From a virus (Duplodnaviria > Caudoviricetes), in the IMG/VR virus record IMGVR_UViG_3300027848_000021, positions 1 through 61,997 of that record: a stretch of DNA of 61,997 nucleotides, one strand, 5' to 3'. The notes under the pieces are model-generated. The model was not told the DNA's origin. It saw only the letters and a program-made list of their open reading frames with translations, and ran no database searches. Position numbers and translations under genes: made by a program. Shown here piece after piece: positions 47,968 through 57,613 of the stretch; positions within the stretch are counted from its first letter, which is position 1, and the number at the start of each line of letters is the position of its first letter.

Positions 47968-49542
47968 ATGAAGTTTGACGATAAAAGCATGGTCGGTATT
48001 GGTGCGGATGGCAACGTCATAACATGCGCTAAATTACTGAGTCCTGCCGACTGCGGCTTCGTCAATGGTGCTGCCGTTTGTGGAAAATGCGGCGCAGCGC
48101 CGGTACGTGTCAAAATAGCCCCAATGGAGAGCACCGAGGAAGACGATATGAAAGATAAAGCATACGAAACAGGGCACACAGAAACACCAGTTCCAGCAGC
48201 CAAAAAGAAACTCAAGCCACGAGAGCTTGTCATCCCCGATGCAGCGGAGCCAGAGGGCGAAGTATTAGACGAGGACATCGACGGCTCGGAAGAAGAATTG
48301 GACGAAGAGGGTAATCCTATTCTCAAAAAGACCGACGAAGAGGAATTGGACGAAGAGGGCAATCCCGTCGTCAAGGAAGCGGAAGAGGAATTGGACGAAG
48401 AGGGCAATCCCGTCGCCAAGGACGAGGAACTAGACATCGACGATGACGATGACGATGACGACGACGATGAGGAGGAGCTGGCCGAAAAGGGCTCAAACTG
48501 GAGAATCCCGCCAAAGAAGTCGTCTAAGAAAAAGAAAATTGCCGTAGATGAATACGGCGACCCAGTTGGGGAAGACATCGATGATGATGTCGAAGAGAAG
48601 TCCGATGAATCAGGCATGGACGTTTTCCGTCAACTCCGACTGGAATCATTAGGTCTGTCAAGTGACGAATTTGGTTCAGACGGTTTTATATGCGCCATTG
48701 AGCGCAAGTCACTTCTCGGTGGGGCGTCGGTTTGTGACGACTGCCCTGGTGGGTGCATGGCCGAAAAAGGAATGCCCAGCCTGCTCCATGTCGAGGGCCT
48801 GGCTGAGGATATGTTCGGTGGCACCGTTCTTGACTCCGGTTATTCCGCAGACGCCGACATGTTCGTGGTTGACGTACAAGTCAAAGACGGCAAGGCTGTC
48901 GAGATTTTCGTTGACGGTACATCCGGCGAAGTTATGGGTTGGCACAAGCTTGATAGCAATATCTTCGAGCAGAAATCCGCAATTGATGAGGTCCAGTTGA
49001 TTAGCTTCAATGAGGCCGCAGAAATCGCCGTCAAGTCAATTGATGGACATGTAGTTGCGGTCGAGCCAGACACGTTTGAGGGTCTCGATGCGTACGCGGT
49101 GGAAATCGATGCGTTTGACGGCAAGTCATACGACGTATTCGTTTCTCTCGACGGCGAAGTCCTCGGCTACGACAAGTACGAGCAAGATGAGGCCGAAGAG
49201 ATTGAAGCGGAAGCCGCAGAAATTGCTCTCAAGAGAGCTTTTAGTGATGAAATTCGCACCCAAATGGCGGCAGAGGGTTCCGCTATGGCGGATGGTTCAT
49301 TCCCAATTAAGTCACAAGAGGATTTGCGTAACGCGATTCAGTCTGTTAGTAGAGCGGAAGACAAGACCGCTGCCCGCAATCACATCATGAAGCGCGCAAC
49401 GGACCTCGATATGGTGAACCTAATTCCGGCTACATGGGTGGCTGGCGTGGAGGAGAAATCAGCACCAGACATCGATACTGATGGCGATTTCTTGAAACAA
49501 CTCGTTGAGTTCCAATTGCTAGAAATAGATAATAACTCGTAA
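47968..49542 (+). CDS. Acidic head-region protein: Cys clusters, (EEELDEEGNP)3, PepSY-like repeats, C-terminal DGSFPI domain (DUF6582-like); possible scaffold
   Basis: AAGGAG RBS; ISFNEAAEIA...YAVEI...DGEVL; AMADGSFPI...LRNAI...LIPATW. Confidence 0.75.
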   Translation: MKFDDKSMVGIGADGNVITCAKLLSPADCGFVNGAAVCGKCGAAPVRVKIAPMESTEEDDMKDKAYETGHTETPVPAAKKKLKPRELVIPDAAEPEGEVLDEDIDGSEEELDEEGNPILKKTDEEELDEEGNPVVKEAEEELDEEGNPVAKDEELDIDDDDDDDDDDEEELAEKGSNWRIPPKKSSKKKKIAVDEYGDPVGEDIDDDVEEKSDESGMDVFRQLRLESLGLSSDEFGSDGFICAIERKSLLGGASVCDDCPGGCMAEKGMPSLLHVEGLAEDMFGGTVLDSGYSADADMFVVDVQVKDGKAVEIFVDGTSGEVMGWHKLDSNIFEQKSAIDEVQLISFNEAAEIAVKSIDGHVVAVEPDTFEGLDAYAVEIDAFDGKSYDVFVSLDGEVLGYDKYEQDEAEEIEAEAAEIALKRAFSDEIRTQMAAEGSAMADGSFPIKSQEDLRNAIQSVSRAEDKTAARNHIMKRATDLDMVNLIPATWVAGVEEKSAPDIDTDGDFLKQLVEFQLLEIDNNS

Positions 49543-49563
49543 TCAACAGAAAGCGGAACCGCC

Positions 49564-52500
49564 ATGAAGACGGGTGGGCCGGTCTATAAAACGCGGATAA
49601 TCGTATCGAACAGATTCGTCTCCCCGCTGGTCGGAAGAAAGTCGTTTAACGACTCTGCGATTAATTTCAAAAAAGCAGTGCTGCTATCGATGGATACGCC
49701 GCGCCTTGACGCTAACGTGTCGGCGAAAGCCGCTAATCTGGGCAGTTCGATTGGCGGCACGGGTAAATCTACGTCACCGGATACCGATAATAAGAAACGC
49801 TCGACAGACGGCGCACCTCCCGGGCTAATCGAACTACCGGGAGGCTATCGCTACCTCCCCAACGCCACGGCCGATGATGGAATGGTGCTGAATCTATTCC
49901 CATCCGCTTTCAGTAGGGAATCATATTCCAAAGAACCAAACTTTGGTTGGGTGAAAAAAGCCAAGTCGGTAACCATCGATGAGTACGAGGAATATCAAAA
50001 AACCGCTCCACGGATTCGGATGCGAAAATATAAAGTCAATTCGCGAACCAATGACATTATCCTTGAAACAGAGCAAGAACTTGACCCGCTGTACGTAAAT
50101 GCGCACCCAAGTCCAACCCGCGTTGATGCTGGGGATTTACCCCTGGAACAAAAATCGTTAGGGGACAATCTTCAAAAGCTAGTCCCCGGTGGGTCTCTCT
50201 TGCAGCGCGCTGTTGGGAGGCTGGGGATTATCAGAGATGAACTGAATAAATTACGCTGCCCGCCAGGAACGCCGGCAGCGAATCAGTTTACGGATGCCCT
50301 CGGCTCGAACTGCTTCGGTGTTTCAGCAGGCAAGATTGCCAACTACGCCATGGATATGGCGCAAAAATTCGAAAAAGAATTAACCCCGTTTAGGAACACG
50401 GCCAAGAACGTTAGTAATTTCCTGTTTGACGTAGACCAAGGACGCTATGGCGCGTTGTTTGCTCGAACGGTTTGGTATGACGCAAACGGGAACAAAATCA
50501 AGAATATTCGCAAGTGGCGAGATATCCCCCAAGAGGGCGATGGCGCGTGGTTCGTCGGCGGCATGGCTCGCGCACAGGAGCGCCTGGCGCAGCAGGACGG
50601 CAATCTTAAGAAGATTTACGACAGTCTTGGAGTCATTCGGACTCCTACTATGACTAAAAACGAAGACGTCGTTCAGGCTTTTGAGGAACTGAAGCGCCGC
50701 GGACTTTGGGTCGGTGCGTTGAATGACCGTTTCAGTGATGTCGAAGTCGACCGAATTATAAACATGAGATTAAGAAGCATTTCCGGATTCCACGGTCTGT
50801 CCAAAGAACGTCAAGACGCACTACGCGCGGCGGACACTAAGCGTTGGTACGACAATGAGCGGGCGATATTAGAAGCACTGCTGGAAGAGCATTCTCTGAA
50901 CCCGAGGCATTTTGCTCTAATCGAATCCATTAACTACGAAATGAAGGTTCCGGGGACAGACGGCTACGACGAAGCAAGTGCCGCACCAACAGTTTTTGGA
51001 CCTAATGGCTTGCAGAGTAAAATCAATATAGACCTAACAGCGATAATGCGAAATCAAGAGCAAGAAATACCCGGGCTAAAACCAGACGAACGCACGCGCA
51101 TTGACGTAGTTGGGGCGAGAACAAGCGCTGAAGCCGGCGCTCATCTCGCAGACTTTTTGACTAGCGTAAACGTGAACGCCAAACAGATGGCGGCAATGGT
51201 CGAGGCGCGCGCCTATGCGCGTCATATAGCAAAACACGAATTCGCTCACACCATACAGATTGCGGCATTCGGGGAGGCCATAAAAGCCCGTATTAACGCT
51301 AATGGATTTATTGAAGTAACAAATGCCAAGGGGAAAGTGTCGCAAGTTTCAGACATTACAAAACTCACATCTAGCAACATATTCTCGATTATCCAAGACG
51401 TCGGCGATGGTATCGACATGGAAAGCCTTCAAAACGCTCTGTCACGCCTTGACGTGGTGGCATTTTTGGCTGGCAAATATCCACGAGAGTACTACGACGA
51501 GAAGGGCAAGACGGAAGTTTGGGCGATGGAGGTTACCGCTGAATTGTGGAGCCTTAGGGACCTCGGTTTAATCTATGGCGACGATATCGATGCGGCTCTG
51601 GAATACATGGACTCAATCATGGACAGAAGACACGCAAGTGCTCGAATTCTGTCCGATTATGATGCCATCGAAGCAGATTCCGCGCGATATTTCAACATTC
51701 CAGAAGAAGGCACGGGGGGAATTGAAGACCTGGCCGCAAGAGAGGCCGCCGAAGCCAGACGCGAGCTCAAGGAACTAAAAAACACATATTCCACGATGAG
51801 TGAATCGCAGCTCATTGAGGAAATTTCGTTAGAGAAGGCCCGGGTCGACGCCCTTCGGATTAGTGGCGCGGATGAAACGTCCCCCGAACTAGAGAGACAC
51901 CAAAATCGCTTGAGGGCAGCAGAATCCGCGTGGCGCAAAAAATACGGAGTCGGCGGTGCTGGTGACAAAAAAAATCTAAATCGAAAAGTTGACCAACACA
52001 GAACGGACAGGGGTCTGCACTCACCTGAGCGCCTAGCGGAGGATAGCCGTAAGGCCAGAATGAGGGAAGTACGGCTGGCGTCAGAAGCAATGGACGTGGG
52101 AGAAATCACCCAAAAGCTCGCTGATTACGAAGTCAAATTAAGAGACGCGTCCCTTCCGGCGGACGAGCGTTCCGCATTATTGGAAGAAGTGAAATTATTT
52201 AAAACCGCATACAAAGCTAGATTAGAAGAGGGTGGGGATTCCCGTACGTGGGCTCAGCAACGACGTGAGTTGGAAAAGAATATTGATTTGATTCTTCGTC
52301 CCGAGAGACCGCTCAGGAAAGTGCACCGTATAGCGACAGACGTTGGCGCCCAAAGGTACAGCAATGAGCAAAGAGCCAAGCTTCTGCAAAAGGCAACCCC
52401 ACAACAACGTCATGCGATAGTTGAGCTTGGAGATGCAAGCCAATCCGCAATAGGTCTTTTGCTTGACCCAGAATTCCAACAAGACGCCATTGATGCAATC

Positions 52501-55500
52501 AATCGACGACACCGTCGACTACAGAAAATGGGTCTTGTCTCCGGCGCGGAGAGCGAGAACGTAAGTCGTCACGAAGGCTCGCTCGAAAAACAAATCGAAC
52601 ATATCCTAATTCCGGCCATGGAGCTCATTGACGAATCACGAATACCAGATAATCTGGAGGTCGAAGCGGTACTCCATCTAGATATTGACCCCGCAACTGG
52701 CGAAACAATAACGACAGGTAACATCGAGCATTCCGGATTACTGACCGCCAGACTCATCACTAAAAAATCCCCCGCAGACGGTGGGTCAAAGTTGGACGAA
52801 TCCGGTTCTGACATAACGAGGTTAGGGAAGAGACGACAGCGGGTAGTGATACAGGTTGCCGAAGGCGATAGGGGGATTTTTCAACACTGGACATTTGACG
52901 CAAAGTTCAAAGACGAAAACCAAAACCTCACACTTCCCCCCGGTAAATTAAAAATTATCGAGGTTAAACCAGATGGAACCATTATCGCCCAGATAGAAGA
53001 ACAGAAAAATGCGGCGGAAGTCATGGATGACCTCGTCAAAGATACTAGTCGGATTATGGACCCTGAGTCCGTTGGGGCCGGCGGCTCAAAACGCCTACAA
53101 CGACTAGCTGACGACTACGCCGTAATGCGGCGCAAGAATGGGTTGAGCACTCCGTCCAAAGATGACAACACGACGGCAGCAATAGCCGACAGAAACGTCA
53201 CCGCAACACGCGCGATTATCGAATCCGGCGGGAAATTTGGCGAACCGGTGTCGCAGGACTACATCGACGAACCCAGAATCATAGACGGTGTTATCTATAT
53301 AGATATGTCACCGTCGGGAGCTAAAAAACTTAGTAGTGGACGAAGCGCGCTCGGAGAACCCGATACCCGCGAAGGACGCACCACTTCGAGAAAGAAACGA
53401 CAGTCAGCAATAGTCGATACGCTCCGAGGGGAAATCAACGGAACTGGAACCGATGATTCTACGGATGAAGATTTGTGGTTGCGCACCGCAGACGATACGC
53501 GTGGGCCTATCCAAATAGACCCACGCGTCGAGATAATTTTACGGAGCAAGACGGTGGAAGAGATTACAAAGGCCACGGAAGACGCTGCCGTTGATATACA
53601 TGAGGGCTTCGACAGGCGCCCGCGGGTTCGCATGACCGAAGACGAATTAAATACTTTTGCTGACGTCGGTTTTGTAAAACACCACGAAGTCGAGGCTGAT
53701 TTCGGGTCAGATAGTTCGCGTCGGCTGGCTAGACGGAATGCGCAAAATGAATCCGGCGAGAGGGCCGAGAGCCTCGGCGCGCAGCCGACCCCTCCGAGAG
53801 ATTTCGATGCCACGGCCGCCAAAGCTTTCCAGGTCATTGAGGAAATGACAAAAGCCGGACACGGGCTTCACGACATGAACAGAAGGGAACTTAAAAGATT
53901 GGGGCTGAGGGTAAGCCGCACCAAATCGATACTTGTGTCAAAAACCAAAGGCCGGGTTTACGAAGCCGACACCGTAGAACAAGCTCTCGCGTTGCTGTCT
54001 CTCGGTTATGAGGTCAACGTCAAAAATGACGAGCAGATAGTAATGGTGGCCAACGCTCAAAACGAATTAAAAAAATTGATACAAGAGTCCGCATCTTTAG
54101 TCGCCGAACAAAAATCGAAATTAGCAGAGATAGACGTAGGCAGACTATATAAAGCCGGGACAAACATTTTTGCTCACGAGTCGCTCGGCATTGACCGCTC
54201 TCAAATGCCGCAGCTTGGCGGCGTGCTGACCGGCCGCGATTCCATTGCCATGAGGGCAATAACCAGCGGCATTATGCCTGGCGGATGGGCCTCCCGTTTT
54301 GAGAAAGGCACACCGGAGCTTGTGGCGTTTAATGCACTCGCAAAAAAATACAGAGAAGGCCAAGCCCTTACCGACGAAGAACTCAAACACCTAATCGATA
54401 ATACTAGGTGGGATAAAATAAACGTTTTTGGGGAAGCCGTATTTATAGATTTTCTGAATAGGGTCGTAGTGACGAACTCGCCAGCCGGTGATAGCAACGC
54501 CGTAGTGCCCAGACGACTAGACCCAGCGACCCTGCGGGCATCGCAACAGCAAATATTGGGCCCGAAAATCGACAAGATGGCCGAAGACATGCTAAAAAAT
54601 TATAGGACGGCGAGAGAAATATTCAAAAAAGACAACCCAAATCATACATTGCAGGAATTTGAAGACTGGCGGGAAAAATATTTCAACATCGACGAGCCAA
54701 CGAGTCAGCACGCTCCGATTTTGACCACAAATGACGGATACGCCCTCGATGGGCATCATAGATTATTTGCACTTGTGCTTGTTCAGGGCCTAGCTCAATC
54801 GGATGACGAAAAATTCCCGATTTTTGTTAATGAGGTCCAAACGAATATCATCGAAGGTCTGAATCTGGGCCGAGTGTATCAAAAGCACATCGGGGTAATC
54901 GACGGTTCCGTTAGTGGCGAGCGAGAAGCGGACCAGGCGTATGTTGGCGACGGAATGCCCGAACGCATAACCAAGGATGAGTTTGAGATAGAGCAGCAGA
55001 AGCTTGTCGATTCCGCAGCGGCGGAAGTGGAAAAACTGTATGCCGATGAGCACTTCATAAAGATAGACAGCGTAGGGTTAAAAAACCGTCCAGAATTGAT
55101 GTTGGATGCCACCGCCAGAAGGGACGCGGGGAGAACGCGACGAGAGACGGGCGAGGGAGCCCTTATGAGCGACAGAATACGAAGAACATCACTAAGAACA
55201 CCCGGCGGGGCGAACGCGATAGGCCAAATCCGTGGCGGCGGAGGCAGTGGAGCCGGCCGTGCGACATCCCCAAGAACACAGGGGCGCTCCTCTATAGCAT
55301 TGTCCGAAACAGGCCGAATGCCGGATACGGCAAGCAAAAAGAATACAAAATCCCTAGAAGGACAAACAGCCCCTACGCGCTCCGAAGGCATGGTCGGTAC
55401 TGGCGCTAGCGATAAGAGGCGCTTGTCATCTGGCGCTTACAAGAGCGAATACGAACACCGTATCGGGATACACGAAAGCACCCCTTCTGATTCACGGCCA

Positions 55501-56427
55501 GTTAATGGGTATTTGGTCCACAAATCACACATTGAAGAAAAAAAGCGTCGCGTCCTTGCGTCGGGTTCCGGAAACACGGGGCCAGATGCGATATTCGAAT
55601 TACAAGACAAGGACATAGTCGGTGATGGTTTGACGAGCCTCGGAGAAATTGAAGTTGTATTGAAGTCGGGGGTTTCCAATCGAACCGCATACGGTAGTGG
55701 CGAGTCCGTTCAAACGGCGCATCGACCCGTAATGATGAATTCACGGAACCGCGAAGATATCACTGACGCCCTAACCAATTTCGACGGCACGAATGGTAGA
55801 GAAAAAAGCATGGATGCCATGATTAATCTTTTGGGTGGGTCGATTGATAATAACTACTCGTCGGCCGGAGCGAGATTAGACGGGGACAGACGGATGCGGC
55901 CAGTTGGGAAACCCGACCCATCCGCCGACACACGTGACTACGACATGTTTGAAGCCAGTATTCTTGGCGGTTTCAATAAGGATGAGGTAGAGGGGATACA
56001 TTACCCATACTCTAAAATCCAAGGCTTGGCAGAGAATGAAAATATAGATGACGTTATGTCGGAGGCAACAATTACGGCCAAACTTTCAAAACTCGGTTTC
56101 ACGCCCGAGGAGATTTTACAGTACGGCGCTATGAGTGTCGGCAAACCGCTCGACAACGCCGGCAGCCAGAAGTTGCGCGAGTATCGAGCCGCGAAGAGAA
56201 TAAAGAGCCGTTACGAAAAAATGGGGATTGGGTATGTCAAGTTCGCCCACCCACAAGGTCTTAACATCGAGAACCCGCGAACGTACAGCAAGAAAGCCAC
56301 AGGCAGGGAGAACGTCGAAGACATACTTAAAGAGCAGATATTCGCCGATTTCGACGAATCAGCAAAAAAGTTCTTAAAGGAAATGCGAAAATCACCTAGC
56401 AATAATCTGATTGGACGCCCTCTATGA
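49564..56427 (+). CDS. 2287-aa polyvalent protein: zincin, degenerate ART-like, ParB-like, DUF3626-like domains
   Basis: HEFAH 51235-51249 with EVTAE; DGHHR 54748-54762; RPVNGYL/VLK/RT/EAxILGG. Confidence 0.8.
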   Translation: MKTGGPVYKTRIIVSNRFVSPLVGRKSFNDSAINFKKAVLLSMDTPRLDANVSAKAANLGSSIGGTGKSTSPDTDNKKRSTDGAPPGLIELPGGYRYLPNATADDGMVLNLFPSAFSRESYSKEPNFGWVKKAKSVTIDEYEEYQKTAPRIRMRKYKVNSRTNDIILETEQELDPLYVNAHPSPTRVDAGDLPLEQKSLGDNLQKLVPGGSLLQRAVGRLGIIRDELNKLRCPPGTPAANQFTDALGSNCFGVSAGKIANYAMDMAQKFEKELTPFRNTAKNVSNFLFDVDQGRYGALFARTVWYDANGNKIKNIRKWRDIPQEGDGAWFVGGMARAQERLAQQDGNLKKIYDSLGVIRTPTMTKNEDVVQAFEELKRRGLWVGALNDRFSDVEVDRIINMRLRSISGFHGLSKERQDALRAADTKRWYDNERAILEALLEEHSLNPRHFALIESINYEMKVPGTDGYDEASAAPTVFGPNGLQSKINIDLTAIMRNQEQEIPGLKPDERTRIDVVGARTSAEAGAHLADFLTSVNVNAKQMAAMVEARAYARHIAKHEFAHTIQIAAFGEAIKARINANGFIEVTNAKGKVSQVSDITKLTSSNIFSIIQDVGDGIDMESLQNALSRLDVVAFLAGKYPREYYDEKGKTEVWAMEVTAELWSLRDLGLIYGDDIDAALEYMDSIMDRRHASARILSDYDAIEADSARYFNIPEEGTGGIEDLAAREAAEARRELKELKNTYSTMSESQLIEEISLEKARVDALRISGADETSPELERHQNRLRAAESAWRKKYGVGGAGDKKNLNRKVDQHRTDRGLHSPERLAEDSRKARMREVRLASEAMDVGEITQKLADYEVKLRDASLPADERSALLEEVKLFKTAYKARLEEGGDSRTWAQQRRELEKNIDLILRPERPLRKVHRIATDVGAQRYSNEQRAKLLQKATPQQRHAIVELGDASQSAIGLLLDPEFQQDAIDAINRRHRRLQKMGLVSGAESENVSRHEGSLEKQIEHILIPAMELIDESRIPDNLEVEAVLHLDIDPATGETITTGNIEHSGLLTARLITKKSPADGGSKLDESGSDITRLGKRRQRVVIQVAEGDRGIFQHWTFDAKFKDENQNLTLPPGKLKIIEVKPDGTIIAQIEEQKNAAEVMDDLVKDTSRIMDPESVGAGGSKRLQRLADDYAVMRRKNGLSTPSKDDNTTAAIADRNVTATRAIIESGGKFGEPVSQDYIDEPRIIDGVIYIDMSPSGAKKLSSGRSALGEPDTREGRTTSRKKRQSAIVDTLRGEINGTGTDDSTDEDLWLRTADDTRGPIQIDPRVEIILRSKTVEEITKATEDAAVDIHEGFDRRPRVRMTEDELNTFADVGFVKHHEVEADFGSDSSRRLARRNAQNESGERAESLGAQPTPPRDFDATAAKAFQVIEEMTKAGHGLHDMNRRELKRLGLRVSRTKSILVSKTKGRVYEADTVEQALALLSLGYEVNVKNDEQIVMVANAQNELKKLIQESASLVAEQKSKLAEIDVGRLYKAGTNIFAHESLGIDRSQMPQLGGVLTGRDSIAMRAITSGIMPGGWASRFEKGTPELVAFNALAKKYREGQALTDEELKHLIDNTRWDKINVFGEAVFIDFLNRVVVTNSPAGDSNAVVPRRLDPATLRASQQQILGPKIDKMAEDMLKNYRTAREIFKKDNPNHTLQEFEDWREKYFNIDEPTSQHAPILTTNDGYALDGHHRLFALVLVQGLAQSDDEKFPIFVNEVQTNIIEGLNLGRVYQKHIGVIDGSVSGEREADQAYVGDGMPERITKDEFEIEQQKLVDSAAAEVEKLYADEHFIKIDSVGLKNRPELMLDATARRDAGRTRRETGEGALMSDRIRRTSLRTPGGANAIGQIRGGGGSGAGRATSPRTQGRSSIALSETGRMPDTASKKNTKSLEGQTAPTRSEGMVGTGASDKRRLSSGAYKSEYEHRIGIHESTPSDSRPVNGYLVHKSHIEEKKRRVLASGSGNTGPDAIFELQDKDIVGDGLTSLGEIEVVLKSGVSNRTAYGSGESVQTAHRPVMMNSRNREDITDALTNFDGTNGREKSMDAMINLLGGSIDNNYSSAGARLDGDRRMRPVGKPDPSADTRDYDMFEASILGGFNKDEVEGIHYPYSKIQGLAENENIDDVMSEATITAKLSKLGFTPEEILQYGAMSVGKPLDNAGSQKLREYRAAKRIKSRYEKMGIGYVKFAHPQGLNIENPRTYSKKATGRENVEDILKEQIFADFDESAKKFLKEMRKSPSNNLIGRPL

Positions 56428-56915
56428 AATCCGCTCTGGTCGCCGCTCGGGGAACCGACAAGGTCTATTACGTTATAGACGCTCCGGCCGGCTCTCGGGA
56501 CGGCCTCGTGGTTAGGGCTGATGGGTCATCTATCCCTGTGTACTTCTTCGCGTGGACGTCAAAGGCTCGCGGGCTAAAGCCAATCTTGACGTCAAAATTC
56601 AGTCGCTCGCTATGGACCGCCCCCAAAGACCCCACGCGTGGAAAATGGTACGACACGTTCATAGCCAAAACCAGCATTGTCGAAGATGATATGCTTGAGG
56701 GCGTAGTGCTGAAGACAGACGGCCCTCAGAAAAAGAAGAAAATTGAGAGCAAGGTTGCACTAGTATTCAATAGGCAGCCCCAAAACAAGGACATACTAGC
56801 AGCACTTGATAGCCATAGAGTGGTACAGTCGAGTGCGGGGATGCGCTCGTTGCGGGAGCGCGACGCGTCATGGGCCCTGACTAAGGCTCTATTCCGTGCG
56901 AAAGAAGGCAACTAG
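56424..56915 (+). CDS. Hypothetical protein
   Basis: ATGA overlap. Confidence 0.65.
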   Translation: MKSALVAARGTDKVYYVIDAPAGSRDGLVVRADGSSIPVYFFAWTSKARGLKPILTSKFSRSLWTAPKDPTRGKWYDTFIAKTSIVEDDMLEGVVLKTDGPQKKKKIESKVALVFNRQPQNKDILAALDSHRVVQSSAGMRSLRERDASWALTKALFRAKEGN

Positions 56916-56917
56916 TA

Positions 56918-57613
56918 ATGAATGAAAACAACCTGTTGCCGGAATCTACGCCCTCGGTCAAAGCATTAGGCCCGTTGGGCGGAATAGTCCCCCAAGAAAT
57001 AGTAACTGGGGGCATCATGAGGGGCTACGGACCGAGACGCGGCAATCTGGAGCGTTTACTAAGGTACTGGCGTCCAATAATGAGAAAGCCAGGCGGTTTT
57101 ACTAGATGCAGGGTCATACTCGCGAATCATCCGGAACTGTATCCACTTGAGCGAATATGCGCATGGCTCCACCACGAAACCACTGGTGTTTGGCCGAACG
57201 AGGGGTGCCATCACCCAACGATGAAGAACTGCCGAAATAAATTAAAAAAGTTAACCAAAAAAAATTGGACAAATCTAGAGTTTGCCAGACATCTACGGTC
57301 GGGCAATATTTCCGCACCGAGGCAGCTTTCCGGAATCAAGTCGGACGATACGGATGCCCCACAGGATGTTTTTTTTCATGACTTTGAGGCCCCATCAAAA
57401 GATGAGATGCATATAGTGACCGAATCTGATATTAAGCATGCCATGGACGTTCTGCGAGACTTCAATGAAATGGAATCAACATTTTGTAGCTGGCTAAGAG
57501 ATTCCGGCAACTGGGAGCACGAAGGCCAGGATTCGTCGGGAGAAATGAAAACAATGGATATTTCTCAGGAAAAATCACTCGAACAAGAATGCTGTGGTGA
57601 AAATGTATATTAA
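56918..57613 (+). CDS. Head-region protein with Cys/His domain
   Basis: GNLERLLRYW...PGGFTRC...CAWLHHETTGVWP, recalled from actinophage head-module proteins. Confidence 0.65.
   Translation: MNENNLLPESTPSVKALGPLGGIVPQEIVTGGIMRGYGPRRGNLERLLRYWRPIMRKPGGFTRCRVILANHPELYPLERICAWLHHETTGVWPNEGCHHPTMKNCRNKLKKLTKKNWTNLEFARHLRSGNISAPRQLSGIKSDDTDAPQDVFFHDFEAPSKDEMHIVTESDIKHAMDVLRDFNEMESTFCSWLRDSGNWEHEGQDSSGEMKTMDISQEKSLEQECCGENVY

Noticed and set aside
48439-48468. GAY trinucleotide run as a phase-variable tract
   Set aside because: Mixed GAC/GAT codons encoding poly-Asp; unit changes would not shift the frame.
37940-49542. Genome-wide reassignment of TAA
   Set aside because: Portal, 47968, sheath, tube and terL end in TAA at sensible positions.
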